A stretch of DNA of 63,715 nt, the filler included, from Albugo candida (taxonomy: Eukaryota): the NCBI GenBank assembly GCA_040437565.1. It is 23 parts of 23 records of this genome, joined end to end, with 100 filler letters (N's around TTAATTAATTAA, not from the genome) between each part and the next. Parts side by side here need not be neighbours in the genome. Positions count along the whole stretch, not along the records: positions 61,143 to 63,715 come from JBDOQK010000285.1; 22 more parts are not named here. One strand, written 5' to 3'. Shown one piece after another: positions 63,521-63,715 of the stretch. Under the pieces are notes generated by a model. The model had not been told where the DNA came from and searched no databases. It saw only the letters and a program-made list of their open reading frames with translations. Within the stretch, counting starts at the first letter, position 1. Each line of letters starts with the position of its first letter. The translations under genes and the position numbers were made by a program.

Positions 63521-63715
63521 TTGATCTACTTTTTGTGTTGTGGTCATCTCATGTTGTGTAAACATTGAATGAAACTTTTATTTTGGTAATACTTTTTTTT
63601 TCTTGGATGCTTCAACGTGTTTAACTTTTCTTTATACAGTTGTCTGCACTCACTTAAAGTGTGCTATGGTACGTCTTTGTGTATATAATGTTTCTTTGAG
63701 CTTGATTCTAATTTG

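Noticed and set aside
1..63715. Apparent transposon super-cluster or multi-gene system
   Set aside because: Small contigs of an assembly are enriched in repeats, and their order here reflects only length.

Overview
This window is not one locus. It is 23 unrelated contigs of about 2.6-2.8 kb, sorted by decreasing length and joined by 22 artificial 100-nt spacers (N44-TTAATTAATTAA-N44). Contig bounds: 1-2838, 2939-5732, 5833-8601, 8702-11458, 11559-14310, 14411-17161, 17262-20007, 20108-22839, 22940-25667, 25768-28446, 28547-31214, 31315-33957, 34058-36697, 36798-39434, 39535-42169, 42270-44885, 44986-47598, 47699-50303, 50404-52997, 53098-55682, 55783-58364, 58465-61042, 61143-63715. Everything identifiable is eukaryotic, and by inference it comes from at least two organisms. 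The first is an AT-rich Mucorales-like fungus, contributing a LINE, three Ty3/gypsy elements, three CACTA-like transposase fragments, Harbinger, hAT, a MULE-derived FAR1-OTU gene, Helitron Rep and helicase, a Helentron, a satellite, a candidate long H/ACA RNA and probably a mitochondrial fragment with tRNA-Asp. The second is a more GC-balanced oomycete-like organism, contributing Nipped-B/SCC2, a GH28 polygalacturonase, a PDI-like KDEL protein, BRCT and CFAP157-like fragments, copia relics and a Pro/Gly/Thr repeat protein. No multi-gene novel system can be supported, because adjacency across spacers is meaningless. The best leads lie within single contigs: a structured ~330-nt snR30/U17-like RNA, a self-priming (Tf1-type) gypsy LTR, a -1 frameshift signal, a GH28 lacking its conserved His and Arg, a MULE-derived DNA-binding/OTU fusion without a DDE core, orphan mitochondrial ORFs among GC double hairpins, and several nested insertions.
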